Shown in pieces: positions 47,096-55,966 of a stretch of 64,000 nt of DNA. The notes beneath the pieces are model-generated. The model searched no databases. It worked only from the letters and a program-made list of their open reading frames with translations, and was not told the origin of the DNA. Source of the stretch: an uncultured Candidatus Saccharibacteria bacterium (GTDB lineage: Bacteria > Patescibacteriota > Dojkabacteria > SC72); assembly GCA_964543485.1 (NCBI GenBank), contig CAZIYI010000002.1, positions 4,192-68,191 of the forward strand. Direction: 5' to 3'. Position 1 is the stretch's first letter; the number at the start of each line of letters is the position of its first letter. The translations under genes and the position numbers were made by a program.

Positions 47096-48412
47096 CTAAT
47101 TCTTCTCTCTATGAAGATTTCTAAAACTGGCTATCTCTTTAATGAATGCTAATTCTAGTACACCTGTAGGACCATTTCTATGTTTTGCAAGGAACAATTC
47201 CGCTGTACCCTTCTTTTCTGTATCAGGATTCCAAGTCTCTTCCCTATCTAAAAACATTACAACATCAGCATCCTGCTCAATAGAACCAGATTCTCTCAAA
47301 TCTGACAATTGAGGTCTTCTACTTTGCCTTTGCTCAATCGCTCGAGATAGCTGAGAAAGCCCAACAACGGGAATATTTAACTCCTTTGCGAGATTTTTCA
47401 AGCCCTGTGAAACCTCCCCTACCTCTAATGTTCTACTTTCCTTACTATTACCATGCATTAGTTGAAGATAGTCAACAAATATTATATCAACCCCATGTTC
47501 AATTTCTAACCTTCTTGCTTTAGTTCTAATTTGGTTAATATGTTGTCCTGCCATATCATCGATAAAGATATTTGCATCTGCCAATTCTCCCATGGTATTA
47601 GCCAACTTAACAATTTTTTCTTCTGTGAGTTTATTCGTTCTAATTTCCCAGAAAGGAATACCTGATTGCATACCTAAAAGTCTATCCATAATCTGCATAT
47701 TAGACATTTCTAATGAAAAGAAAGCTACATTTTTCTTCTCAATTAAAGCAGCATGTCTCATCATATCCAAAGCCAAAGATGTTTTACCAACAGAAGGTCT
47801 TGCAGCAAGTACAATAAAATCGGATTTCTGAAAACCACCCAGAAGAACATCTAACTCTTTAAATCCAGTTGAGATACCAGCATAATCATCACTTTCTTTA
47901 GAATGAGCAGCTCTCTCATAAGCACCTTTAAGTAGATCTTTAATATGCACAAAATTACTCTTTATTCCCTCTTGAGCGACATTAAAAAGTAAGGTTTCTG
48001 ATCTATCTACCACTTCTGGCATAGCTATGGTTTCATCAAAAGCCAACTTCGTAATTTCTGAAGAAGAAGATATCAACCCCCTTCTTGTCGCAGTTTCTTT
48101 AACGATATTTCCATACTCAGCTGCATGTGCAGAAGTTGGAACGAAAGATGCAAGCTCTGTTAGATATGCCCTTCCACCTATCCTGCTAAGTAACTTTTTC
48201 TTTTTTAATTTATCCGAAATAGTAACAAGATCTATTGGGAGACCCTCTTCAAAGAGTTCTAAAATATTCTCATAAATATCTGCATGCCTTTCATCATAAA
48301 AATGATTTGGTTTTAATGTTCCAGAAACTTCAATTAAGGCGTCTTTGTCTAAAAGAATTGAACCTAATACTGATTTTTCTGCTTCTAAATTTTGAGGTGG
48401 AATTCTATCCAT
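47096..48412 (-). CDS. dnaB: replicative DNA helicase DnaB
   Basis: N-terminal DnaB domain (PPQNLEAEKSVLGSILLD), Walker A ARPSVGKTSLALD, Walker B IIFVDYLQLM and an arginine finger. 438 aa. Confidence 0.9.
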   Translation of the reverse strand: MDRIPPQNLEAEKSVLGSILLDKDALIEVSGTLKPNHFYDERHADIYENILELFEEGLPIDLVTISDKLKKKKLLSRIGGRAYLTELASFVPTSAHAAEYGNIVKETATRRGLISSSSEITKLAFDETIAMPEVVDRSETLLFNVAQEGIKSNFVHIKDLLKGAYERAAHSKESDDYAGISTGFKELDVLLGGFQKSDFIVLAARPSVGKTSLALDMMRHAALIEKKNVAFFSLEMSNMQIMDRLLGMQSGIPFWEIRTNKLTEEKIVKLANTMGELADANIFIDDMAGQHINQIRTKARRLEIEHGVDIIFVDYLQLMHGNSKESRTLEVGEVSQGLKNLAKELNIPVVGLSQLSRAIEQRQSRRPQLSDLRESGSIEQDADVVMFLDREETWNPDTEKKGTAELFLAKHRNGPTGVLELAFIKEIASFRNLHREKN

Positions 48413-48415
48413 TTT

Positions 48416-49063
48416 TTATTTAAGAAATATTACCTCTATATTTTTGTTCTCTTGCTCAGGTGTAGGAGTAACATTTAAATATGATTCTTCTTTAACATTA
48501 GTGAAACCAAAATATTTAATAAAATCATCCTTACTTTTTAATTCGTTTCCCAATTTCAATCCTTCTGTATTGTATGCACAAGGTATAAGTATTGTAGGAT
48601 CAATATAGTTAAGTATCTTTTCAATCTTGTCATAATCTATAAATAGATTGCCGTTACCAATAGGTAAAATTAAAACATCTACATCTCCCAAATCTTTAGT
48701 TAAAGATATATCCAAAGAGTTATCTATTAAGCCCATGTACACTACTCTTAAAACGGCTTCATCAATAGTATAGAACTGAGAATCAACATCTCTTCGAATC
48801 ATTACTCCACCTATTTCAAACTCACCCGGAGAAGATATTTCTATCGTTGATTCCCTATGATCTGGCTCTATTTTTTTTAATAAATCATTTCCGTCTAATA
48901 TATTCTCCTCACCTCTCAAATCTTTTGAAGAGAAAAGAACAACATCTGCTTTACTTTTTGGAAAAGCCAACCCACTCTGTTTAAGGGCTAGTGGATCTGT
49001 TAAAACAGTTATATCACCTGTACTAAGTAGAAATGACGACCAACCAAGACTTTTAATCTTCAT
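48416..49063 (-). CDS. metallo-beta-lactamase-fold protein (UPF0173-like), apparently lacking the HxHxDH metal site
   Basis: N-terminus MKIKSLGWSSFLLSTGDITVLTDP resembles the MBL-fold beta-sheet start, but no His-rich motif follows. 215 aa. Confidence 0.35.
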   Translation of the reverse strand: MKIKSLGWSSFLLSTGDITVLTDPLALKQSGLAFPKSKADVVLFSSKDLRGEENILDGNDLLKKIEPDHRESTIEISSPGEFEIGGVMIRRDVDSQFYTIDEAVLRVVYMGLIDNSLDISLTKDLGDVDVLILPIGNGNLFIDYDKIEKILNYIDPTILIPCAYNTEGLKLGNELKSKDDFIKYFGFTNVKEESYLNVTPTPEQENKNIEVIFLK

Positions 49064-49114
49064 ATTTACATTACAATTATATTATCTGGCAGTATACACA
49101 AGAGTATATCAGAT

Positions 49115-49339
49115 TTATGAATCCGATAGACCCAGAGATTTACGAATGTCTTCAACTAGAGTTTCTTTCATCTGTTTTTTAACTAACTCTAACTTCAAAC
49201 TTTCTAAAGAAGAAATTACAGCTTGAAGCTGTGTCATCACTTTATCCTCATCTACATTGAGAGAAATCATCCTTTTTATGCCACCAACCTGTCCCTCTAT
49301 TCTACTAACTCTATTTTGAATTTTCTTTGAATATTTCAT
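49115..49339 (-). CDS. CsoR/RcnR/FrmR-family (DUF156) small regulator lacking the canonical Cys/His metal ligands
   Basis: KKIQNRVSRIEGQVGGIKRMI...QLQAVISSLESL matches the family signature RL.RIEGQvRGi..M...d..C..vl.Q..Av..Al with the Cys replaced (…NVDEDKVMTQL…). 74 aa. Confidence 0.5.
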   Translation of the reverse strand: MKYSKKIQNRVSRIEGQVGGIKRMISLNVDEDKVMTQLQAVISSLESLKLELVKKQMKETLVEDIRKSLGLSDS

Positions 49340-49389
49340 TTTGTACTAAAGTATATTTTTTAAATTAAAAAAAATCAACCTTTTATCTC

Positions 49390-49426
49390 TTGACAAAAAT
49401 TAGCACTCGGTGGTATCCTTTGCTAA
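49390..49426 (+). promoter_or_regulatory. hsp20 promoter region: -35 TTGACA followed by a CIRCE-like inverted repeat (TTAGCACTC-N9-CTTTGCTAA)
   Basis: TTGACA at 49390..49395. Left arm TTAGCACTC (49400..49408) is a perfect CIRCE half-site. After a 9-nt spacer, the right arm CTTTGCTAA matches GAGTGCTAA at 6 of 9 positions. Lies 35 bp upstream of the hsp20 start. Confidence 0.35.
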
Positions 49427-49460
49427 CCATATATATTTAAATTTTAATATTTAAAATACT

Positions 49461-49904
49461 ATGAAAATTGTAAAAATAAATCAAAAACCACAGGATACAA
49501 TATACACTCCTGTAAGATCTTTAATGGATGATTTCTTTGATTATCCACTTTCAAGATTTAATGATGTCTTCTACAGAGATTTTGAAAATCTCTCCGCAAA
49601 CGTATGGGAAGAAGATAATAAGATCTTTGTTCAAATGGCAATGCCTGGAATTAAAAAAGAAGATATTAAGATATCTGTTACAGGAGATAGTATAAATATT
49701 GAGGGTAAAACAGCCCAAGAGAAAGAAGAAAAAGAGAAGAGATATTTCTTAAAAACACTTCAATCATACTCCTACTCCCAAAGCTTCAATCTACCATCAA
49801 TTGTAGACCCTGATAATGTGGAAGCATCTTTTGAAAACGGCATACTAACCGTTAAACTTCCCAAAGCAAAAGAATCTCAAACAAAAGAAATTGTCATTAA
49901 ATAG
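49461..49904 (+). CDS. small heat-shock protein, Hsp20/alpha-crystallin family
   Basis: Alpha-crystallin domain: ...ANVWEEDNKIFVQMAMPGIKKEDIKISVTGDSINIEG...FENGILTVKLPK. 147 aa. Confidence 0.85.
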   Translation: MKIVKINQKPQDTIYTPVRSLMDDFFDYPLSRFNDVFYRDFENLSANVWEEDNKIFVQMAMPGIKKEDIKISVTGDSINIEGKTAQEKEEKEKRYFLKTLQSYSYSQSFNLPSIVDPDNVEASFENGILTVKLPKAKESQTKEIVIK

Positions 49905-49917
49905 CTACAGAAGGTCT

Positions 49918-49939
49918 GTCCCGGGTCTGACCCCGGGAC
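49918..49939 (+). other. GC-rich hairpin GTCCCGGG-TCTGAC-CCCGGGAC immediately after the hsp20 stop
   Basis: Perfect 8-bp stem. Not followed by a U-tract. Its loop TCTGAC recurs in the stem of the downstream terminator, giving a shared GGGTCTGACCCC core. Confidence 0.4.
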
Positions 49940-50084
49940 AACCTACTTCCACCTCAACACAGCTTCTTTACATAAACACATTCGATCTTCCCCTCCTTTT
50001 TGAAAAAGGTATTTTCGTGTTTCGAACAAACGCCAAACAGACAGATGGGTTTCAAGGAACCCCCTAGGTATCGGACACAACCAA

Positions 50085-50117
50085 GGGTCAGAGGAGGGTC
50101 TGACCCCCTTTTCTTTC
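50085..50117 (+). terminator. rho-independent terminator (GGGTCAGA-GGAGGG-TCTGACCC + CCTTTTCTTTC)
   Basis: Perfect 8-bp stem followed by a T-rich tract. Lies 180 bp downstream of hsp20 and 45 bp upstream of rpmE, so it could end a short transcript. Confidence 0.5.
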
Positions 50118-50123
50118 TGTATG

Positions 50124-50152
50124 TAGACACTCCCGTTTTGTTCTGATATAAT
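50124..50152 (+). promoter_or_regulatory. rpmE promoter: -35 TAGACA, 17-nt spacer, -10 TATAAT; start codon 10 nt downstream (near-leaderless)
   Basis: TAGACA at 50124..50129 and TATAAT at 50147..50152. ATG at 50163. No SD sequence. Confidence 0.4.
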
Positions 50153-50162
50153 TCTAGCCGTT

Positions 50163-50498
50163 ATGAAAAAAGATTTACATCCAAAATATAATAGCGGTTT
50201 GAAGGTAATTTGCTCTTGTGGCAACACTTTCGTAACTGGTTCAACTTTAGATACAGATGTCTTAAATGTTGAACTTTGTTCTAAATGTCACCCTTTCTAT
50301 ACTGGTGAACAAAAGATTGTAGATACAGAAAATGTGGTTAAACGATTTGAAGAAAGAGCTCAGAAGAGTTCTAAAATGTCTTTTAGAACAAAAAGAGAGA
50401 AAATGGCTGAAAGAAAAGCAAAAAAATCAGACCCTGTAAAATCTTCAGCATCCCTTACTTTAAAAGATATGCTTGCTAACGCAAATATATCTAAGTAA
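50163..50498 (+). CDS. rpmE: 50S ribosomal protein L31 (Zn-ribbon type, with C-terminal Lys-rich extension)
   Basis: MKKDLHPKY...CSCGNTF...CSKCHPFYTG (L31 signature with a CxxC...CxxC zinc ribbon). Confidence 0.85.
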   Translation: MKKDLHPKYNSGLKVICSCGNTFVTGSTLDTDVLNVELCSKCHPFYTGEQKIVDTENVVKRFEERAQKSSKMSFRTKREKMAERKAKKSDPVKSSASLTLKDMLANANISK

Positions 50499-50519
50499 CA
50501 CTACTCCTACATCAATTTT

Positions 50520-51629
50520 ATGATATCATCCATATATATGGACATTGAAATATTAAAAAACAAATACAATTTCCAAGAGATTAAAGAGAAAAAAGATAAT
50601 CTAGAGAAAAGACTTGAGACAGCACACCAAACTAATGAGAATATGTCAGAGTTAAGCTCGGACCTGTCCTACTACTCTCAACTGTATACATATGTTGATG
50701 AACTTAACAAAAATATTAGTAAATACGAACAAGCTAAACAGATATTAAAGGAAGGTGATGACACAGATTTAAAAGAGTTGGCAAACCTTGAGATTGAAGA
50801 GGTCCAAAACAGTATCACTAGAATCGATTCAGACATTAGAAAATTACAGATAGAAAGAGAATTCCAGGATCAAGATGACAACAGGTCGGTAATATTAGAG
50901 ATTCGAGCAGGTGCAGGTGGTGAAGAAGCTGCTCTTTTTGCATCTGACCTTTTCCATATGTATAAAAACTTTTCAGTTAAAAATGGCTGGGATGTTCAAA
51001 TAATTGACAGTAATGTTGCAGAGGCAGGAGGATACAAAGAGGTAATAGCTCAGATTAATGGTAAAAATGTATACAAAAACTTAAAGTATGAAAGTGGTGT
51101 TCATAGAGTACAAAGAGTCCCTTCTACAGAATCATCTGGAAGAATTCACACATCTACAGCGTCTGTAGCAATTATGCCAGAAGCCCATGATATAGATATT
51201 GAGATAAAGCCAGAAGACTTAAGAATTGACGTTATGAGGGCCTCTGGTGCTGGTGGACAGTGTGTTAACAGAACAGACTCTGCAGTAAGAATAACTCACC
51301 TACCAACTGGTATTGTTGTAAGTTGCCAAGAAACTAAACATCAAGCACAAAACAAAGAAAAGGCAATGGCAAATCTTAGATCGCGGCTCTACGAAAAAAA
51401 GAAAAGTGAAGAGGATGAAAAAAGATCTAGTAAAAGAGCTTCTCAAATTGGAAACGCTATGAGGGCAGAAAAGATAAGGACATATAACTTCCCACAAAAC
51501 AGAATCACAGATCACAGAGTAAAAATGTCTTGGCATAATATAGAGGCAGTCTTACTTGGAGATTTAGAACAGCTTATCCAAGACGTTAGAGAGGGTATTC
51601 AGCTCGAGATGTTAAACAATGGAAAGTAA
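50520..51629 (+). CDS. prfA: peptide chain release factor 1
   Basis: GGQ motif MRASGAGGQCVNRTDSAVRITHLPTGIVV and an RF1-type PxT tripeptide (VPSTESSGRIHTS). 369 aa. Confidence 0.9.
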   Translation: MISSIYMDIEILKNKYNFQEIKEKKDNLEKRLETAHQTNENMSELSSDLSYYSQLYTYVDELNKNISKYEQAKQILKEGDDTDLKELANLEIEEVQNSITRIDSDIRKLQIEREFQDQDDNRSVILEIRAGAGGEEAALFASDLFHMYKNFSVKNGWDVQIIDSNVAEAGGYKEVIAQINGKNVYKNLKYESGVHRVQRVPSTESSGRIHTSTASVAIMPEAHDIDIEIKPEDLRIDVMRASGAGGQCVNRTDSAVRITHLPTGIVVSCQETKHQAQNKEKAMANLRSRLYEKKKSEEDEKRSSKRASQIGNAMRAEKIRTYNFPQNRITDHRVKMSWHNIEAVLLGDLEQLIQDVREGIQLEMLNNGK

Positions 51630-52425
51630 TTTGCAAGAACTTTTCAAAATCCAAAAACTCCTAGAAGAAATTAACTACCCTGATGCATATAGAGTAGCAA
51701 GAGAGATTCAAACATACCTTCTATCAAACAAACACATTTCAAAAGAAAACCTTTTCCAAGAACTTAAAAATGGTAAACCTTGGGAATATATAAGGGGAGA
51801 TACACAATTTTGTAATCTTACTTTTAAAATAGATAGTAAAACACTAATTCCTAGAGTTGAAACAGAACAGCTAGTATATGACTGTAAAGATTTAATTGAG
51901 AAAGAAAATATTAAAAACATTGTCGATGTTGGAACAGGTAGTGGTTGTATAAGCATTTCACTTAGCAATTTACTTCGAGCCCCCTACTCCTTTTATGCTA
52001 CAGACATATCCCAGAAAGCTTTGGATATTGCTAAATATAATGAGAAACAGATATTAAAACAAAATGGTATTAAATGGTTAAAAACAGATTTAATTAAAGA
52101 TATAGATAATCTCAATGAACCAACTATAATTATTGCCAATCTCCCATATATACCTACAGAAAAATATAAACAGTTGGATAAAAGTGTAATAGATTATGAA
52201 CCTAAATTGGCCTTAGATGGCGGAAAAGATGGGTTAAGACTATATGAAAAACTATTTAAACAGATTAAATCAAAAAGTCTAAATACAAAGATAATATATT
52301 TTGAAACAGAGGAAAGTATTTTTGAAGAAGGTATAAATCTAGTTAAAGAGTTCTTTCCTAAATCAAAAATAACAAAAATAAAAGACTGTTTTAATAGGAA
52401 TAGATTTGTCAAAATATCTTTTTAA
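51619..52425 (+). CDS. prmC: release factor glutamine N5-methyltransferase PrmC/HemK
   Basis: SAM-binding DVGTGSGCISIS and NPPY-type motif IANLPYIP. Overlaps prfA by 11 bp. Confidence 0.75.
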   Translation: MESNLQELFKIQKLLEEINYPDAYRVAREIQTYLLSNKHISKENLFQELKNGKPWEYIRGDTQFCNLTFKIDSKTLIPRVETEQLVYDCKDLIEKENIKNIVDVGTGSGCISISLSNLLRAPYSFYATDISQKALDIAKYNEKQILKQNGIKWLKTDLIKDIDNLNEPTIIIANLPYIPTEKYKQLDKSVIDYEPKLALDGGKDGLRLYEKLFKQIKSKSLNTKIIYFETEESIFEEGINLVKEFFPKSKITKIKDCFNRNRFVKISF

Positions 52426-52431
52426 TACAAC

Positions 52432-53589
52432 CTACTCTGCTTCTGTTAATGTAACCTTAACATTTCTTGTCTCACCATCCTTCCAAATCTCAAGCTCTAT
52501 CTCTTGATCTACTTTGAATGATTGTACAATGTATGAGAAAGCTTGCTCTACTGATTCACCATTTACCTTTGTAATAATTTCACCTCTTTTTATCTCTGCC
52601 TTTGCTGCAGGACCATCAGGATCTACACTCATAACTAAAGCTCCTGCTACGACGTTTTCATAAAACATTGCCTGATACTCAGAAATCATTTGATATGATA
52701 TTCCAATATACGGTTTTATAAATTTCCCATAGGTTCTATACTCTGTTAATCTCTGTTTTACGATATTGATTGGCAAAGCGAAAGAAATATTATCTGCGTT
52801 AGCTGTTGTTGCAAAATTAATACCTATTACCTTTCCTTCAGAATTTATTAATGGTCCACCAGAGTTACCTGAATTAACAGCGGCATCTGTTTGTATTACA
52901 TTCTCGTAAGTTTTAGTCGTTGCACCAAACCACCCAGATGATGTAGTAACTGACCTATTTAACCCACTAACCACCCCAGTTGTTACACTACCTGCATACT
53001 CCCCTAACGGAGTTCCTATTGCTATAACAGTTTGACCTACAACAAGATTATCTGAATTTCCTAGTTCCAAAGAATCTAGGGATGTAGCATCTATTTTAAG
53101 CAAAGCAATATCATTACTATCATCTCTTAATATCTCAACTACCTCGTGCTCATTCCCATCACTAGTAATCACTTTGTATGCAGCAGATACGTCGGATACT
53201 ACATGTTGATTAGTGATTATTACACCGTTAGCATCAACGATAAAGCCAGTACCAATATTGCTTACCTCATCAACCAAGCCCTCTCCACTTTTTAACATAA
53301 CTTGACTAACTGCTACACTTACAACAGAAGGTGAGGAATTTTTAACAACGTTAATAATTACGTTCTCTTCCTCCGTTACAACAATATTAACATCTTCGTT
53401 ATCATTGTTATCTTTCTCTTCGATATTAAACACCCCTTTAAAGAGTTCTCCTTTTTCAGAAAGTACTACAAGCCCAAGCAATCCCCCTATTATCAAAGAT
53501 ATTACTAACAAGGTAATACCAAAAACTTTTAGATGTTTGTAGTTATCAAAATTAAGTTTAGGTATTTTTTTCTCTTTACTCTCTTCCAT
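52432..53589 (-). CDS. htrA: HtrA/DegP-family trypsin-like serine protease with PDZ domain
   Basis: N-terminal TM. Catalytic His (TNQHVV), Asp (DIALLKID) and Ser in GNSGGPLINSEGKVIGINFA. C-terminal PDZ. Confidence 0.8.
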   Translation of the reverse strand: MEESKEKKIPKLNFDNYKHLKVFGITLLVISLIIGGLLGLVVLSEKGELFKGVFNIEEKDNNDNEDVNIVVTEEENVIINVVKNSSPSVVSVAVSQVMLKSGEGLVDEVSNIGTGFIVDANGVIITNQHVVSDVSAAYKVITSDGNEHEVVEILRDDSNDIALLKIDATSLDSLELGNSDNLVVGQTVIAIGTPLGEYAGSVTTGVVSGLNRSVTTSSGWFGATTKTYENVIQTDAAVNSGNSGGPLINSEGKVIGINFATTANADNISFALPINIVKQRLTEYRTYGKFIKPYIGISYQMISEYQAMFYENVVAGALVMSVDPDGPAAKAEIKRGEIITKVNGESVEQAFSYIVQSFKVDQEIELEIWKDGETRNVKVTLTEAE

Positions 53590-53611
53590 ATTTAATACCT
53601 TTAAAATTTAA

Positions 53612-54838
53612 TTATTTATTAATTTGAACTAACGCTTCATTATACTGCTTATCTACACCATCTATAAAGTCTTGGGACGTATTTTCTACTACGACATCTG
53701 GAGTTATAGAGTTATCAGTAGTCAACCATGTTCCATCAGGCAGTAACCATTTCAGGATAGTAACGTGTATACTTGAACCACCACTTAGATCAATTACTGT
53801 TTGTGCTGTACCTTTACCGTAAGTTTTAGTTCCCACTATCTTCGCGACACCGTTTTGTTGTAAAGCACCGGCAAATATTTCAGACGCAGAAGCACTACCT
53901 TCGTCTACTAAAATTACTACTTTTTTACCAAGCAATCTTCCCCCTTTTTCAGAATCAAAGGTTTGAATATTCCCCTTTCCATCTTCCTGTTGTGAAATTA
54001 TTTCCCCTATATCAATAAAATCATCTGCAGCATATACTCCAGCATCAAAGTAGCCACCTGGATTCCCTCTAAGATCTATAATAATCTTCTCAACATCATT
54101 TTCTATAATATCTTGAGTAATTGCATCCCATTTACCCTTCCATTCACCCAAAGAGGCCTCTGTAAATCTCGCGATATCTATTAAAGCAATATCTTTGTTA
54201 TCTCCAATATACGACAAGCTCATACTTGGAACTGTAATCTGTCCTCTCGTAATTTCTAATTCAATTGGTTCTAAATCTCCCCTATGTAATATTTGCAACT
54301 TAACTTTTGTTCCTGCTTCTCCTCTAATTTTCTGAACTATTTCGTATACATTATCTCCACTTTTTATTTGATAATCATCCACGGCTAAGATATAGTCTCC
54401 TGGCCTAATACCTGCTTCTTTAGCAGGAGAGCCATCAATTGGAGATACTATTATTATCGCACCATCTTTATATCCTAACTCTGCACCAATTCCTTCAAAA
54501 TACTTCCCACTATTTGACATATTAAAATCCTCTGTTTCTTTAGGATCCAGAAATACAGTTGCCTGATCTCCGTAAGAATCAACCAAGCCCTTAATAGCAC
54601 CATACATTTTGTTCTCTTCGGATACTTTATCCTTCTCAACATACTCACTATCTAAAATGTCCCAAACCTGCCAAAAGAGATTTATATCTACTTTGTTTTT
54701 TGAACTCCCAATGGACAACAGGGTATCTGCAGAAGGAACTATACTCCTTCCAAATATAACTCCAATACAGAAAGCAACTACAACAATTACTAAAACTGCA
54801 AATATTCTACTTCCATTATTTTCTTTGTCCATATTCAA
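53612..54838 (-). CDS. ctpA: carboxy-terminal processing protease (S41, CtpA/Prc family)
   Basis: PDZ domain (GIRPGDYILAVDD) and S41 catalytic region GNPGGYFDAG...DEGSASASEIFAGALQ... with the Ser/Lys dyad context. Confidence 0.8.
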   Translation of the reverse strand: MNMDKENNGSRIFAVLVIVVVAFCIGVIFGRSIVPSADTLLSIGSSKNKVDINLFWQVWDILDSEYVEKDKVSEENKMYGAIKGLVDSYGDQATVFLDPKETEDFNMSNSGKYFEGIGAELGYKDGAIIIVSPIDGSPAKEAGIRPGDYILAVDDYQIKSGDNVYEIVQKIRGEAGTKVKLQILHRGDLEPIELEITRGQITVPSMSLSYIGDNKDIALIDIARFTEASLGEWKGKWDAITQDIIENDVEKIIIDLRGNPGGYFDAGVYAADDFIDIGEIISQQEDGKGNIQTFDSEKGGRLLGKKVVILVDEGSASASEIFAGALQQNGVAKIVGTKTYGKGTAQTVIDLSGGSSIHVTILKWLLPDGTWLTTDNSITPDVVVENTSQDFIDGVDKQYNEALVQINK

Positions 54839-54883
54839 GAAATTTAAAATTAGACCTTCATTATATTCTTAATTTTCTAATAA

Positions 54884-55966
54884 TTACAAATCAATAAAAT
54901 CCAAAAGCCCGATATTCATTAGTAGCTTACCCTTATTCCCGAAATCAACAAATGCATTGTTACTCTCATTATCAAAATCTATAACCTTACCAATATACCC
55001 ATAAGTTGAAATTGATCTAGATATCACCAACTGGTTAGTATATAAATTAACAAACCACTTATTATTCTGTATATCCGATTCTGAGAGTATAAATAACTGA
55101 TTTTCAACACTATCAAACATTACAAATTTACCTTTAAATTTAAGAAGTTTATCTAAGAACATATTGTCACAGTGAACAGAACCAAATCCACCAAGAATCA
55201 TTATTGGTAACCCAATCTCTCTAAATTCTGAATAGGACATAGCGTAGGTAATCACTGCAACTGCACCCCTTTCAAACAGCTCTATAGCGACCCTATTGTA
55301 AAGATATGGACCAACCCATACAATCTTCCCACTATAATCATCATCCAAACTACTCTCTTTCAATATTGTTTTCCCATCTCCTAATATCTCCAATTTCCCA
55401 AAGAACTTCTCATCTGATTTCGTTGTTACAACCCCATCTACACAAACAGCATCAGTCACAACAACTAACCCATCTACAGGATTGATTGTATCAACAAAAC
55501 CACTAAAATCACTTTCAACAATAGAAGTACTCTCTTCCCCTAATATATCAACATAGCCCATTTTAACCCTTGTTAAATCTAATATCCCATTTGTGGGAGC
55601 AACTAATTCGGTTACGCTTAATTTCCCAGAAGATGTTTTTTGGGCTATTATTTCACCCTCTTCTAAATACTCACCATCTACTCTCACAACATACTTTTCA
55701 CACTCCTCATTCTTACAATTTAAAATCTTTGTTACACTCAAAGATTTTTTCAAAGGGGTATCAACTCTTTCAAAAAGAGTATCTCCTATATTTACCTTCC
55801 CCTCCCCTATTATTATCCTATCAGAATTTTTTAAGGGTATTTTAAATTTGTAATTAGGATATCTTTCAAATATCCTGTTCCTTATCTCCATCTCCCCATA
55901 CTTTAAACTTAATTCTATTATTTTGTGCAGAGGGACCATATACAATTGGCCTGTGCCTTCCATCAA
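54884..55966 (-). CDS. hypothetical protein (start uncertain; ORF-track start is TTG and overlaps the upstream gene by 100 bp)
   Basis: 360-aa ORF with no recognised motif. Later in-frame ATGs (MEGTG at 55963, MEIRNR at 55891) would reduce the overlap. Confidence 0.4.
   Translation of the reverse strand: MMEGTGQLYMVPLHKIIELSLKYGEMEIRNRIFERYPNYKFKIPLKNSDRIIIGEGKVNIGDTLFERVDTPLKKSLSVTKILNCKNEECEKYVVRVDGEYLEEGEIIAQKTSSGKLSVTELVAPTNGILDLTRVKMGYVDILGEESTSIVESDFSGFVDTINPVDGLVVVTDAVCVDGVVTTKSDEKFFGKLEILGDGKTILKESSLDDDYSGKIVWVGPYLYNRVAIELFERGAVAVITYAMSYSEFREIGLPIMILGGFGSVHCDNMFLDKLLKFKGKFVMFDSVENQLFILSESDIQNNKWFVNLYTNQLVISRSISTYGYIGKVIDFDNESNNAFVDFGNKGKLLMNIGLLDFIDL

Noticed and set aside
46830-47099. 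ORF-track entry (89 aa, plus strand)
   Set aside because: Overlaps the well-folded tRNA-Leu(CAA) gene on the opposite strand. Spurious.
49943-50227. ORF-track entry (94 aa, minus strand) in the hsp20-rpmE spacer
   Set aside because: Antisense to the GC-rich hairpin region and overlaps the rpmE start and promoter. Translation shows no convincing protein features.
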